From Candidatus Omnitrophota bacterium (GTDB lineage: Bacteria; Omnitrophota; Gorgyraeia; Duberdicusellales; 4484-171), in assembly GCA_014729775.1 (NCBI GenBank), contig WJJJ01000022.1:13313-77312 (forward strand): DNA of 64,000 nucleotides. Direction: 5' to 3'. The notes beneath the pieces are model-generated. The model was not told where the DNA came from and made no database searches. It saw only the letters and a list, made by a program, of their open reading frames with translations. Within the stretch, counting starts at the first letter, position 1; each line of letters starts with the position of its first letter. The translations under genes were made by a program, and so were the position numbers. Of this stretch, positions 19,752-29,137 are shown one piece after another.

Positions 19752-20536
19752 CGCCGCGGCGCCCTCCGTAAATACCGTTCGGTAAAGATATCCTCACTGA
19801 TCCCCACGTCATACTCAATATCGGAAAATTCCACAATGGTATGGGAGCCGGCGGCCAGGTCATCGGCCCGCTGGCGGATGATCGTCGGATGTCCCTGAAT
19901 TTCTTTTACCTCCAGGGCGTTAATCTCGCGATACTTTTCTCCCTGCGCGTCAAAATACTCCGCCTTGACCGGCATCATCGTCTCCTTGTCGATCGAAACC
20001 AGATAATAAGAGAACTCCACCAGATCGGGATCCTTGGGAGTGTTTTTCAACAGGTACTTTCCGCCTTCGGAAGACACCAATTCATGCGAATCGAGGTCGA
20101 CACTCCGGCCGGAAATGTCCTCATAGGTAAAGTCCGATCCGACAAAGCTGGACCGTTTGTCGCTGGCGGCGATTCTCCGTACCAGGTCCAGTGCCGGCAA
20201 ATACAGCCAACGGTCATCGTCGGAACCCACGTGCTTCCATACCATATATACCATTTCCCGCACGTCGGCGGGTTCGCGGAAATACACGTAATACTTCTGC
20301 CGGCCGCCGTCTTTGATATCGTATCTCAGGATCTGAAATTTCCTTTTGCGGGTCCGCTCCTGGCGGTCGGTCAGCGTCATTTCCACCGTGGCCCGGCCGT
20401 CGTCTCCTTCATAATAGGCGGTATTATACGCTTTTCGCGCGATCTCATCCGCTCCCATTTCGGCCCGCGCGCCGGCAATACCCTGCGCATACCCCACTAT
20501 CAACATCCCGATCATTATTCCCGTTCTCCTGTTCAT
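19736..20536 (-). CDS. Outer-membrane lipoprotein-sorting protein (LolA-like)
   Basis: Probable start MNRRTG at 20536 overlapping the MMPL stop; signal peptide; DDRWLYLPAL..VRRI, SFVGSDFTYED. Confidence 0.85.
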   Translation of the reverse strand: MNRRTGIMIGMLIVGYAQGIAGARAEMGADEIARKAYNTAYYEGDDGRATVEMTLTDRQERTRKRKFQILRYDIKDGGRQKYYVYFREPADVREMVYMVWKHVGSDDDRWLYLPALDLVRRIAASDKRSSFVGSDFTYEDISGRSVDLDSHELVSSEGGKYLLKNTPKDPDLVEFSYYLVSIDKETMMPVKAEYFDAQGEKYREINALEVKEIQGHPTIIRQRADDLAAGSHTIVEFSDIEYDVGISEDIFTERYLRRAPRRWLDY

Positions 20537-23064
20537 TGGTCCTCCTTTTTGGTAATACAGAACTTCCTTCGCGCCGCCGCGGCGCATATGCCGGCCATCA
20601 CCGCGATCACGCCGATTGCCGCGAACACGGTAATATCCCATCCCGCGAAGGTATATCCGCGCAAGACGTATCCCACCGCGGCCGCCGCGGCGATCGCCAT
20701 CACCACGCAATATCCGCAGTTACAGACGAACTTCTTTTTCTCCCCGGCAAACACCGCATCGGGAATAAGAGTGATAATCGCCGGCAGAATAATCAGGGTC
20801 GCGATACTGGACACCAGCATGATCGCGAACATAAAAAATCCTACCGTCCGGTAAGGGATAAGCGGCGCCACGAGGAGCGGCAAAAACCCGACCGCGATCA
20901 CCAGCGCGTTGCGCACAATCGCCCTGCCCGGCCCCTGAAACAAAAATCTGCTGGCCCGCTCCCATCCCGGATGTGCAGCATGAATTTCTCTCGCCCGCTG
21001 GATAAAATGTATCGCGAAATCAATAGAAAGACCCAGCGTCAGCGCCGAAAGCACCGCCACCGGCATATCGTAGTCTTTGCCTACGATCCCCAGCAACCCG
21101 TAAATACAGAGAATCGTCACGGTAAGCGGCACCATGGAAATCAGTCCCCGATACGGCGAACGGAATAAAAAAGTCATCATAAAAAACACGATAATGAAAC
21201 TCCCAAGAAAATTTTTCAGCATCCCGACGACCATTTTATCCTGCCATACCATATTAATATAGGTAAGTCCCGCCCAGTAAGATTCGAATTTATAAGGCGG
21301 CTTGTGCGTACGCATAAAATTGCTGGCCTGCGCGACCACCTGAGACATGTCTTTATTATCCCCGCTGTTGAGCTGAATCCAAAGATTTACCTTGTCATAA
21401 TCCGGAGTGGCCATATGCCACAAGTCGTCCGGTTTATGAGAATTTTCGTAGGAAATCAAGCACTGCGACACCGCCTGTTTTGTTTCGGGGACGGTGAAAT
21501 ATTCTTCCTCTCCGCCCATCAGTTCCATGTAGACTTTTTTCACGACATCGGTGAGGGAAGTCGATTTCCCTACCTGCCCCTGCTTCTCCAGATAACGCTG
21601 AAGCTGCTGGATATAATTGAGCATGTCGGGACGCTTGAACACGTCCTTGCCGTTTTCCGCTTCCAGGACCAGGTACGCGGTATAGGTACCGGCGAAGTGT
21701 TCGTTCAGTACCCTGTCGGCGATCCTTATCCGGTGATTTTCCGTGAACCAGCGAATCGGATTATCGTTTACCCGGATTTGGGAAATCCCGTAAATCGATA
21801 CCAGGATCACCGCGACCACGAACGAAAGGATAAGCTTGGCACGCTGGAGGGAAAACGTGCGCACCCCTTTGAGCACAACGTCGATCGCGCCGTGCGGACC
21901 GCTGCGGTCTTCTTTGGATGATCCCTTTTTCATCTTGCGCAGAGCGTTGTCGCTCAGCGCGCCGATGTAGGCGGGAATGAACGTCATGGTCAGCGCCCAG
22001 GCCAGCATCACCCCGATCGCCACGAATATTCCGAACGTCTGTACCGGGGGAATGGGGGAAAACGACAGGCTGAAGAAACCTACCGCCGAAGTCAAAGAAG
22101 TAAAGAGCATCGGCGAGAACAATTCCTCGATCGTTGCCAGCAGTGCGTCACGTTTATTATGACGTATGCGATATTGGTCAAAAAACTCGCTCAGGATGTG
22201 CACCGAATCCAGCACCGCGATCGGCATGAGAAAAATAGGGATCATCGAACTCATGATGTGCACCGGGAGTCCGAACCCGATCAGTAGCCCCATAGTAATC
22301 AGAACCGTTGCCACCGCCAGCAGCATCGGAGAAATAATAAGCCGCACGCTTTTAAAAAACAGCAGCATCAGCAGGAAAATTATCGCCCCCGCCAGCGGAG
22401 CGGAAACGGCCATTTGTTTGAACATCTCCACGCCGAAGGTATCTTCGGCGACGGGCAGGCCGGTAATGTAGTACTCTTCCTCTCCGGAAAACTCATCGAT
22501 AATTGCCTGGATCTCCCGGGAAATCCGGTAGCTCATGTCTTTGCGCTGGATCGGCACATAAATAGCCAGGGCTTTCCCGTCCCCGGACACCATTGTGCCC
22601 CGGAACATGGGATTATCGAGCGCCTCATCCCGGATCCGTTCCGCCTGAACAGCGGTCTCAATCGGCCCTGCCATCAGCCACTCGAAGACCACGGTCCCGG
22701 GTCCTCCCTGGCGGATATTATCTTTGGTGGAGGGAGCGATAATTTCCCGGGAGATCACGCCGTCGATTTTTTTAATCCGCTCGGTAATGCGATACACCCG
22801 GTTGAGCGTCTCCGCCTGAAACACTCCTTGGGGACTCCCCTCCCGCACGACGCCGACCACGATAAAATCGTAAATCCCGAATTCCTCTTTTACCTGGTCG
22901 TGACGCAGGCGCACCGGTTCGTCACGAGGCAGCATATTCTCCGGATCGGTGTCAACCTGGATCCGGGAGAACTGGCTCACCCCCAAAACCACCGCGATCG
23001 TAACCACGGCAAACACCGGCTTCGGCCGGCGGAAACACCACCGGACAATTTTTGCGAACATCAT
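20533..23064 (-). CDS. MMPL/RND family transporter with Cys-rich C-terminal extension
   Basis: Two MMPL repeats (AVLDSVHILSEF; GLSIDFAIHF), many TM helices. Confidence 0.9.
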   Translation of the reverse strand: MMFAKIVRWCFRRPKPVFAVVTIAVVLGVSQFSRIQVDTDPENMLPRDEPVRLRHDQVKEEFGIYDFIVVGVVREGSPQGVFQAETLNRVYRITERIKKIDGVISREIIAPSTKDNIRQGGPGTVVFEWLMAGPIETAVQAERIRDEALDNPMFRGTMVSGDGKALAIYVPIQRKDMSYRISREIQAIIDEFSGEEEYYITGLPVAEDTFGVEMFKQMAVSAPLAGAIIFLLMLLFFKSVRLIISPMLLAVATVLITMGLLIGFGLPVHIMSSMIPIFLMPIAVLDSVHILSEFFDQYRIRHNKRDALLATIEELFSPMLFTSLTSAVGFFSLSFSPIPPVQTFGIFVAIGVMLAWALTMTFIPAYIGALSDNALRKMKKGSSKEDRSGPHGAIDVVLKGVRTFSLQRAKLILSFVVAVILVSIYGISQIRVNDNPIRWFTENHRIRIADRVLNEHFAGTYTAYLVLEAENGKDVFKRPDMLNYIQQLQRYLEKQGQVGKSTSLTDVVKKVYMELMGGEEEYFTVPETKQAVSQCLISYENSHKPDDLWHMATPDYDKVNLWIQLNSGDNKDMSQVVAQASNFMRTHKPPYKFESYWAGLTYINMVWQDKMVVGMLKNFLGSFIIVFFMMTFLFRSPYRGLISMVPLTVTILCIYGLLGIVGKDYDMPVAVLSALTLGLSIDFAIHFIQRAREIHAAHPGWERASRFLFQGPGRAIVRNALVIAVGFLPLLVAPLIPYRTVGFFMFAIMLVSSIATLIILPAIITLIPDAVFAGEKKKFVCNCGYCVVMAIAAAAAVGYVLRGYTFAGWDITVFAAIGVIAVMAGICAAAARRKFCITKKEDQ

Positions 23065-23150
23065 GCACCCCTCTTTTTTTCAGCCACGATAAATCGTATC
23101 ATCCTGCTATTTATTAAGGTTTACGAATATGTCAAGAGAAGCCCGGTCTT

Positions 23151-23645
23151 TTATGAACGACGGCTTAAGACCGTCTTCTTCAAAGCGGTAAGACGCACGT
23201 AGTGGTTTTTCTCTTCTTGGATGATTTTTTCCACGGCCGGCTGTTTTTCCGCGGGAAGATATTCCTGAAGCGCACTGTAGGTGAGGATTGATTCTTTTTC
23301 TATGAATATCCCGAAATCCACGGCTTCTCTTTCGGAGGAGAACGACTCAGCCCGCGTTCCCTTCACAAGTTCGGCGGTGAACACGTAGTTTTCCGCGATC
23401 GCCCTGATATAGGCCTGGTATTCACCCGGCTGGTATTCATAAATGTCGCTTTCTTCTGCTTCCGCCAACATCTTCTCGAATATCTGCCAGTGAACCGCTT
23501 CCTGCTCTTTGAGATAGTTCCAAATTTCGCGCACCGCCGGGGTTTCCGCGCGCGACGCAAGTTCCCCATAAAGTTTTTTCCCGTTTTGCTCGACCTGCAT
23601 CGCCAGACGGAAAATCTCTCCGATGTTAAACTGTTCCTTCATCAT
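23151..23645 (-). CDS. Rubrerythrin-like ferritin-fold protein
   Basis: A..VE..G..Y, EQEAVH, EKESILTY, EEKNH di-iron pattern. Confidence 0.85.
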   Translation of the reverse strand: MMKEQFNIGEIFRLAMQVEQNGKKLYGELASRAETPAVREIWNYLKEQEAVHWQIFEKMLAEAEESDIYEYQPGEYQAYIRAIAENYVFTAELVKGTRAESFSSEREAVDFGIFIEKESILTYSALQEYLPAEKQPAVEKIIQEEKNHYVRLTALKKTVLSRRS

Positions 23646-24847
23646 GCCTCCTTCTTCGGAATCTGCCCGGCAAGCGATGAAGCGGCTTCTTCGAGACGGG
23701 CGTCGATTTCCCTGCCGGGCACGTACTGCGCATACACTGGTTCATGTCCGGGGGCAATGCCCGCATCGCGCAGCCAATCCTCCATCTCACGAAACCCTCC
23801 GGGAGCCCATCCGTAGGAACCGAAGGTAAAGCCCCGCCTGTTCTTCGGTTTCAATCCCCGCATATACGTAAGGAGCCCGGCCACCGCGGGCAGTACATGG
23901 TTGTTGAGCATCGGACTTCCCACTGCAACCAGCCGGGCCCGCATCACCTCGGTGATCACGGATGAATTATCGCTCACCTGTAAGTTGATCAGGCGCGTGG
24001 AAAGACCGGCCCGGACAAATCCGGAATACAGTTTCTGTGCCATCTTCTCGGTTGAGCCCCACATCGTGTCATAAATAACCACGGCACGCGGCCAGCTTTC
24101 ATAACGGGCCCATTCCCCGTACAAAGAAAGAATCCGCGCGATGTCTTCGGGACGGCGCCAGATCAATCCGTGCGAGGGACAGATCATTTTTAGGGAAAGA
24201 TCCCCGATTCCGCTCAGCACTTTTTCCACCTGCCGTCCATAGGGCAGCACAATATTGGCGTAGTATTTCTCGGCTTCCCGAAGAGCGGTTTCCGTTCCCG
24301 CTTCGTCCGCAAAGCGCTCCGTGCTCGCGTAGTGCTGGCCGAACGCGTCGTTCGAAAACAGAATCCCCTGCTCGGGAAGGAACGACACCATTGAATCCGG
24401 CCAGTGCACCATCGGCGTGTGCACAAACCGAAGCGAATACTTTCCCAGGGAAAGCTCGTCTCCGCTGTTCACCACTTTCCAGCGCACGCGGCCGGGATCG
24501 CCGCCCCGCGTGAAAAACTGTTTTTCCAAGGCCTGTTTTCCCTGGGGCGAACAGACTAATTCGGCCCGGGGACATCGCTCCCACAGCCGGAAGATACTGC
24601 CGGAATGATCCATTTCGGCGTGCTGAGACACAAGGTAGCGGATCGCGGACAAATCGACGACTTCCTCCAAGGCGGCGCGCATTTCCTCCCACCCGTAATG
24701 CTTCACGGTGTCGATCAGCGCCGGCTGTTCATCACGAACCAGATAGGCGTTGTAGGTACTCCCGCCGGGCGTTTGGTACCCGTGAAAATTGCGCAAGTTC
24801 CAGTCAATGTAGCCGGTCCAGTAAATATCCGGTGCGATTGCGATCAT
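23642..24847 (-). CDS. fprA: Flavodiiron protein (O2/NO reductase)
   Basis: STYNAYL, HAEMDHSG, HWPDSM, SNDAFGQH, PSHG, flavodoxin TMWGST and FGSYGW. Confidence 0.94.
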   Translation of the reverse strand: MIAIAPDIYWTGYIDWNLRNFHGYQTPGGSTYNAYLVRDEQPALIDTVKHYGWEEMRAALEEVVDLSAIRYLVSQHAEMDHSGSIFRLWERCPRAELVCSPQGKQALEKQFFTRGGDPGRVRWKVVNSGDELSLGKYSLRFVHTPMVHWPDSMVSFLPEQGILFSNDAFGQHYASTERFADEAGTETALREAEKYYANIVLPYGRQVEKVLSGIGDLSLKMICPSHGLIWRRPEDIARILSLYGEWARYESWPRAVVIYDTMWGSTEKMAQKLYSGFVRAGLSTRLINLQVSDNSSVITEVMRARLVAVGSPMLNNHVLPAVAGLLTYMRGLKPKNRRGFTFGSYGWAPGGFREMEDWLRDAGIAPGHEPVYAQYVPGREIDARLEEAASSLAGQIPKKEA

Positions 24848-24872
24848 GCCGTCTCTCTTTGCCTCCCCGGTA

Positions 24873-25220
24873 TTACTTCATAAAGGAAATGGACAAAGGA
24901 TAACTCATCTCTTCGCCCTTATTTACTTTTAATGCAGCAATCACGATCATGATGATATTGAACAGCCCGATCACCCATAACAGTACGATCCCTATCACGA
25001 GAAACACCAGCAGCAGGGAAATCACTGCGTATATCGTGATTGAAATCTGGAAATTTAGCGCTTTCTTGCCTTCCTTGTCGATCAGCGCCGATTCGTCTTT
25101 CTTTATCATCCAAAGCACCAGCGGCGCGATGATGTTCCCGAACGGTATCACATAGCCCGCGAGCGCTCCCAGGTGGCAAAACATCGCCCATACTTTCTCT
25201 TGTTTCGGATCTCCCGCCAT
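24873..25220 (-). CDS. DUF4870 membrane protein
   Basis: WAMFCHL, PLVLW, ALNFQIS, YPLSI. Confidence 0.88.
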   Translation of the reverse strand: MAGDPKQEKVWAMFCHLGALAGYVIPFGNIIAPLVLWMIKKDESALIDKEGKKALNFQISITIYAVISLLLVFLVIGIVLLWVIGLFNIIMIVIAALKVNKGEEMSYPLSISFMK

Positions 25221-25315
25221 GTACAGCCTCCTTCCGTTTTCACGCTTGCCGCGCCTTCCCGGGACACCGTGTCCGCGCCAGCGCGAATCCCGGCTCCGGA
25301 AAGGCGCGCACAGTC

Positions 25316-25807
25316 TTATTTACCGATCATACTCAGATCTTCGGCCAACGCTTCCAGATCCTCTTCATGCTCGATTTCATCGCCTAAGATCTGCAATACC
25401 ATGTGGTAGGTGACGATGTCTTTTCCTTTCACGAACTCCATGAGCTCTTTGTACACGTCGATCGCGCACTGCTCACCCTTAATATTCTGTTCGAGCAGCG
25501 CGGCGACTTTCGGATCCGCCGGCGCGTCGTATCCGCAATTCGTTTCCTTGTACCATTCTTCGGGAGTCAACAGCGGTGTGCCGCCCAGCTGAATAATTCG
25601 CTCAGCGATCATGTCGGCGTGTTTCAGTTCCTCCTGGGCGTGCTCAACAAGTTCCTCGGTTACCTCGGTTCTCATCGGCCCTTTGGCGACCTTGGCCCCC
25701 ATCCAGTACTGGTAGTAGGCGAGCCATTCATCGGCGAGCGCCTTGTTCAATTTTTTTATCAACTGCTCGATATCCACGTCAACGATCTCTCTTCCTCTGG
25801 TTCCCAT
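25316..25807 (-). CDS. Dps-like (DPSL) / bacterioferritin-related protein
   Basis: ALADEWLAYYQYW, EELKHA, RIIQLGG, GEQCAI, DEIEHEEDL. Confidence 0.88.
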   Translation of the reverse strand: MGTRGREIVDVDIEQLIKKLNKALADEWLAYYQYWMGAKVAKGPMRTEVTEELVEHAQEELKHADMIAERIIQLGGTPLLTPEEWYKETNCGYDAPADPKVAALLEQNIKGEQCAIDVYKELMEFVKGKDIVTYHMVLQILGDEIEHEEDLEALAEDLSMIGK

Positions 25808-25836
25808 TGACTCCTCCTTTCGTTCTTTCGCGGCAA

Positions 25837-26001
25837 TTACTCTTCAACCGGTTCAAACTGACTCTTATCCACTCCGCAGACTGGACACACCCAGGAATCA
25901 GGGATATTTTCAAATAACGTCCCCGGCTCCACCCCGCTGTCAGGATCCCCGACCTCCGGATCGTACTCATATCCGCACACGACGCACCGATATTTTTTCA
26001 T
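25837..26001 (-). CDS. Rubredoxin (54 aa)
   Basis: Not in ORF track. Hand translation [54 protein letters not shown]; AGGAGG RBS. Confidence 0.96.
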   Translation of the reverse strand: MKKYRCVVCGYEYDPEVGDPDSGVEPGTLFENIPDSWVCPVCGVDKSQFEPVEE

Positions 26002-26025
26002 GCTTCCTCCTTTCTTTGAGCCCTA

Positions 26026-26053
26026 ATTGTACCATATCCGTTCCGCTTGTAAA
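26026..26053 (-). promoter_or_regulatory. Putative promoter for the rubredoxin-DPSL-fprA cluster
   Basis: Minus strand TTTACA-N16-TACAAT with TGn extension. Confidence 0.5.
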
Positions 26054-26089
26054 GCAGCACCGCCGGCACGTTTTTTCCCGAAGGGAATA

Positions 26090-26788
26090 TTACCGCGGAT
26101 GCACGTTTTTCGGAACGCGCGGCCGGTCATGACGGGCCCGCAATACCCGTTTCATCCCGTACACCGCGGCGAAGACAACCAGCGCGATCCCCAGGATCCA
26201 CGCATTCCGGGGATTGTACAAAACTTTGATCAGAGACGCGCCGAAGAACACCAGTGCGAACGATCCCGGCATAATCCCGATCAACGTAGCCAAAAAATAA
26301 TCCCGGAACCTTACTTTGGTCAGCCCCAGACTCAAATTTTGTATGTCCCAGGCGACATTGGGAATAAGACGAACCAGCAGTACCGTGAGAAAACCGTGCG
26401 TCTCGATCCTCCTGTCAAGTCCCTGCGCCCTGCCTTTCAAATATTTCGCGACCGTATCTCTGGCGAAATAACGCGCGATAAAGAACTCTGTCGCGGCGGA
26501 AATATTGGCGGCGATCTGTAAATAGAGGAACCCGAGCCAGGCGCCCCAAATAACTCCCGCGGCGGCCGAAAGCACTCCGGCGGGGAACAGGATCAGCGGA
26601 CGCAGCACATAAATTACGATATAACCCACCGGACCCCACCCGCCCAAAGAAACGACCCACGCCCGGAAATCCTCCCTTTCTATTCCGGAGAAGTCCACTC
26701 CCCGCAGACGCAGAGCCGTGAATACCCCTCCGAGGAGCGCCACCAGAAGAATTACCTTAATCCACGGCTGCAGGTTTCCTTTACTCAT
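26090..26788 (-). CDS. TVP38/TMEM64 (VTT/DedA-like) membrane protein
   Basis: FPAG..S...G, FFIARYF, LVRLIP, LIGIMPG. Confidence 0.88.
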   Translation of the reverse strand: MSKGNLQPWIKVILLVALLGGVFTALRLRGVDFSGIEREDFRAWVVSLGGWGPVGYIVIYVLRPLILFPAGVLSAAAGVIWGAWLGFLYLQIAANISAATEFFIARYFARDTVAKYLKGRAQGLDRRIETHGFLTVLLVRLIPNVAWDIQNLSLGLTKVRFRDYFLATLIGIMPGSFALVFFGASLIKVLYNPRNAWILGIALVVFAAVYGMKRVLRARHDRPRVPKNVHPR

Positions 26789-26830
26789 ACGCCGATTTCT
26801 TTTTCATATGATTTTCCCGTCACCGCCGCT

Positions 26831-28261
26831 TCACTTTTGGCGCAAAAAACCCAGGAGGGTCTTTACCAGCGGATTCTCCATCTTCTCGCTCAGCGACTGC
26901 GCCGCGGTTTTTTGAATCAACTGGGAAAGTGTCGGATACACGAACAGCACTTCAGCCAGTTTAGGAAAGGGGATACGCAGTGTTTTCGCCAGAAGCAATC
27001 CCTGCACTACCTCGCCCGCGTCGGCCCCGGCCATGTGTGCGCCGAGCAGGTTTCCCTTTTGATCGGTAATCACCTTTAGCATCCCCTCCTGCTCCATATC
27101 GGTTTTGGCGCGGTCGCTGCTGCGGTACTGCTCCCCGTAGACTTTGACTTCTCCGTATTCCCGCCGGGCCTGCGTTTCAGTAAGCCCGATGTGGGCGATT
27201 TCCGGCTCGATAAACGTCGCCCACCCCACGCTGCCGTAATCCGCCTTCTGCCACGCGACCCGTTTCAATAACGCGTTACGCACGCATACCGCTGCCTGGT
27301 ACGCGGCCACGTGCGTGAACAGATAGGGACCGACCACATCCCCGGCCGCGAATATATCCTCCTGCGAGGTCTGTAAGAAGTCATTGACCTCCACGCCTTT
27401 CTTCGACGTTTTCACGCCGATCTTCTCAAGCCGGAGCCCTTCCAGATTCGGCACCCGTCCGGTCGCGGCGAGGATATGTTCGGCCTCGATCTCTTCCCGC
27501 TGTCCCTCTCCGCGTTCGATCGTGACTACCGCCTGCTCCTTCCGGCGGACAGCGCGCACCGCTTTCGTTGCGGTCAAGATACGAATGCCGTCTTCTTCGA
27601 GTTTCCTCCGGATAAATTCCGACAGATCCTCTTCTTCATGACCGAGAATGCGCGGCGCCATCTCCACGAGCGTAACCTGCGCGCCCAGCCGAGTAAAAGC
27701 CTGGGCCATTTCCACGCCTACCGGTCCTCCCCCCAAAACAATCAGGCTTTCCGGGACCTGGTCCAGTTCAAATACCTGTTCATTGGTAAGATATCCGGCT
27801 TCCTGCAGACCTTCGACCGGAGGCACCGCCGCGTGTGACCCCGTGCAAAGGATGATTTTTTTCGCGCTGACCCGCTGTCCATGCACCGTGAGCGTATGAC
27901 CGTTCTCAAACTGCGGATTCCCGATAAGTACGCGGATACCCCGGTCTTCGAACACCTCCGGTATTTCTTCGGCGTATACTTCTTCCCGGACACGGCGGAC
28001 ATGCTCCATTACTTTTTTACAATCCACGCGGCAGGACTCCGCCCTCACGCCAAACCGCTCAGCCGTGCGGATCGCGTGAGCCGCGTGTCCGGCCTTCAAA
28101 AGGGCTTTTGACGGGATGCATCCATACCAGGTACAGTCGCCGCCCAATTTCTTTTTTTCTATAAGGCAGGTTTTGGCACCCAGCCGATTCGCCACGTTCA
28201 CCGCGAACAAACCAGCCGCTCCTCCGCCGATTACCGCCAAATCGTATTCACTGCATTTCAT
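26831..28261 (-). CDS. Pyridine nucleotide-disulfide oxidoreductase (LpdA/MerA-like)
   Basis: GGGAAG, GGDCTWYGCIPSK, GGGPVG, AAGD; C-terminal YPT; no MerA C-terminal Cys pair. Start MKCSEY follows AAGGAG. Confidence 0.85.
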   Translation of the reverse strand: MKCSEYDLAVIGGGAAGLFAVNVANRLGAKTCLIEKKKLGGDCTWYGCIPSKALLKAGHAAHAIRTAERFGVRAESCRVDCKKVMEHVRRVREEVYAEEIPEVFEDRGIRVLIGNPQFENGHTLTVHGQRVSAKKIILCTGSHAAVPPVEGLQEAGYLTNEQVFELDQVPESLIVLGGGPVGVEMAQAFTRLGAQVTLVEMAPRILGHEEEDLSEFIRRKLEEDGIRILTATKAVRAVRRKEQAVVTIERGEGQREEIEAEHILAATGRVPNLEGLRLEKIGVKTSKKGVEVNDFLQTSQEDIFAAGDVVGPYLFTHVAAYQAAVCVRNALLKRVAWQKADYGSVGWATFIEPEIAHIGLTETQARREYGEVKVYGEQYRSSDRAKTDMEQEGMLKVITDQKGNLLGAHMAGADAGEVVQGLLLAKTLRIPFPKLAEVLFVYPTLSQLIQKTAAQSLSEKMENPLVKTLLGFLRQK

Positions 28262-28358
28262 CCCATTTTCTCCTTGCTCCCCCTGCCGCACCCCTATTCT
28301 TTACGCTCGTGCATTCCGGTCCTATTATCCACTCCGATAATATCGAATGCGGATGAGT

Positions 28359-29033
28359 TCACCGCACTTCTGGATAGTATTTCTTCAATTTTTCAGACGG
28401 AAATCCGCACCAATACGCGACGGTCAGAATCCAGTTACAGGCCGTAGTCCGCAACAGCCCCTGCCTTTTCCACCGCCGGGGCGAACAGGTGACCCGCGCG
28501 CAGAGCACCCTTCTTTTGCCAATTCTCTTCAGCTTACGCGAAAACTGCACGTCATCGAATAAAGGGAGTTCGTCGAATCCCCCTACCGCAAAGAATGCGT
28601 CTCTTCTCACAAAGACCGCCTGATCGCCGTAATACACCCCGAATATTCTGGCCCGGAAATTCCCGGAAGACTCGATCATCCGGAAAATGAATCCGGAGGC
28701 CTCGATCCTCTGAGAAAAACACCCCGCGGCACATCCATCAGAAATCGCGCGTTTCATTTCCGCGATTCCCTCTTTCTTTACCCGGGTATCGGCATGGAGA
28801 AAGAGCAGCACCTCACCTCTTGCCTGCCGGGCAGCGGTGTTTAACTGCCTGGCCCTGCCCCGCGCACTCCGGATCAGTCGCACGGGATAGCGGCGCGCCA
28901 CCGCGCACGTCTCATCCGCACTTCCGCCGTCCGCCACGATCACCTCATCCGCCGAGCTAAACGGGAAATTTTCGCACGTCGTCTTTAATTCCCGCTCCTC
29001 GTTCAGCGCGGGAATAATCACGGAAATCCTCAT
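28359..29033 (-). CDS. GT2 glycosyltransferase (TIGR04283-like)
   Basis: SVIIPALNE, DGGSAD, GRARQLN, LFLHAD, YGDQ, SPRRW. Confidence 0.85.
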   Translation of the reverse strand: MRISVIIPALNEERELKTTCENFPFSSADEVIVADGGSADETCAVARRYPVRLIRSARGRARQLNTAARQARGEVLLFLHADTRVKKEGIAEMKRAISDGCAAGCFSQRIEASGFIFRMIESSGNFRARIFGVYYGDQAVFVRRDAFFAVGGFDELPLFDDVQFSRKLKRIGKRRVLCARVTCSPRRWKRQGLLRTTACNWILTVAYWCGFPSEKLKKYYPEVR

Positions 29034-29137
29034 TACACTTTCTCCGGTTCTTTTACTCTACCAGAAACCGTCGGAGGAAGTATCGCCGGGATCCCCTTTT
29101 TATTGACCTTTTTCCCTTTACCGGGAGCGCAGAAATA

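Noticed and set aside
26831-28261. Mercuric reductase (merA) call
   Set aside because: Lacks the C-terminal Cys-Cys pair, the NmerA domain and any mer operon context.
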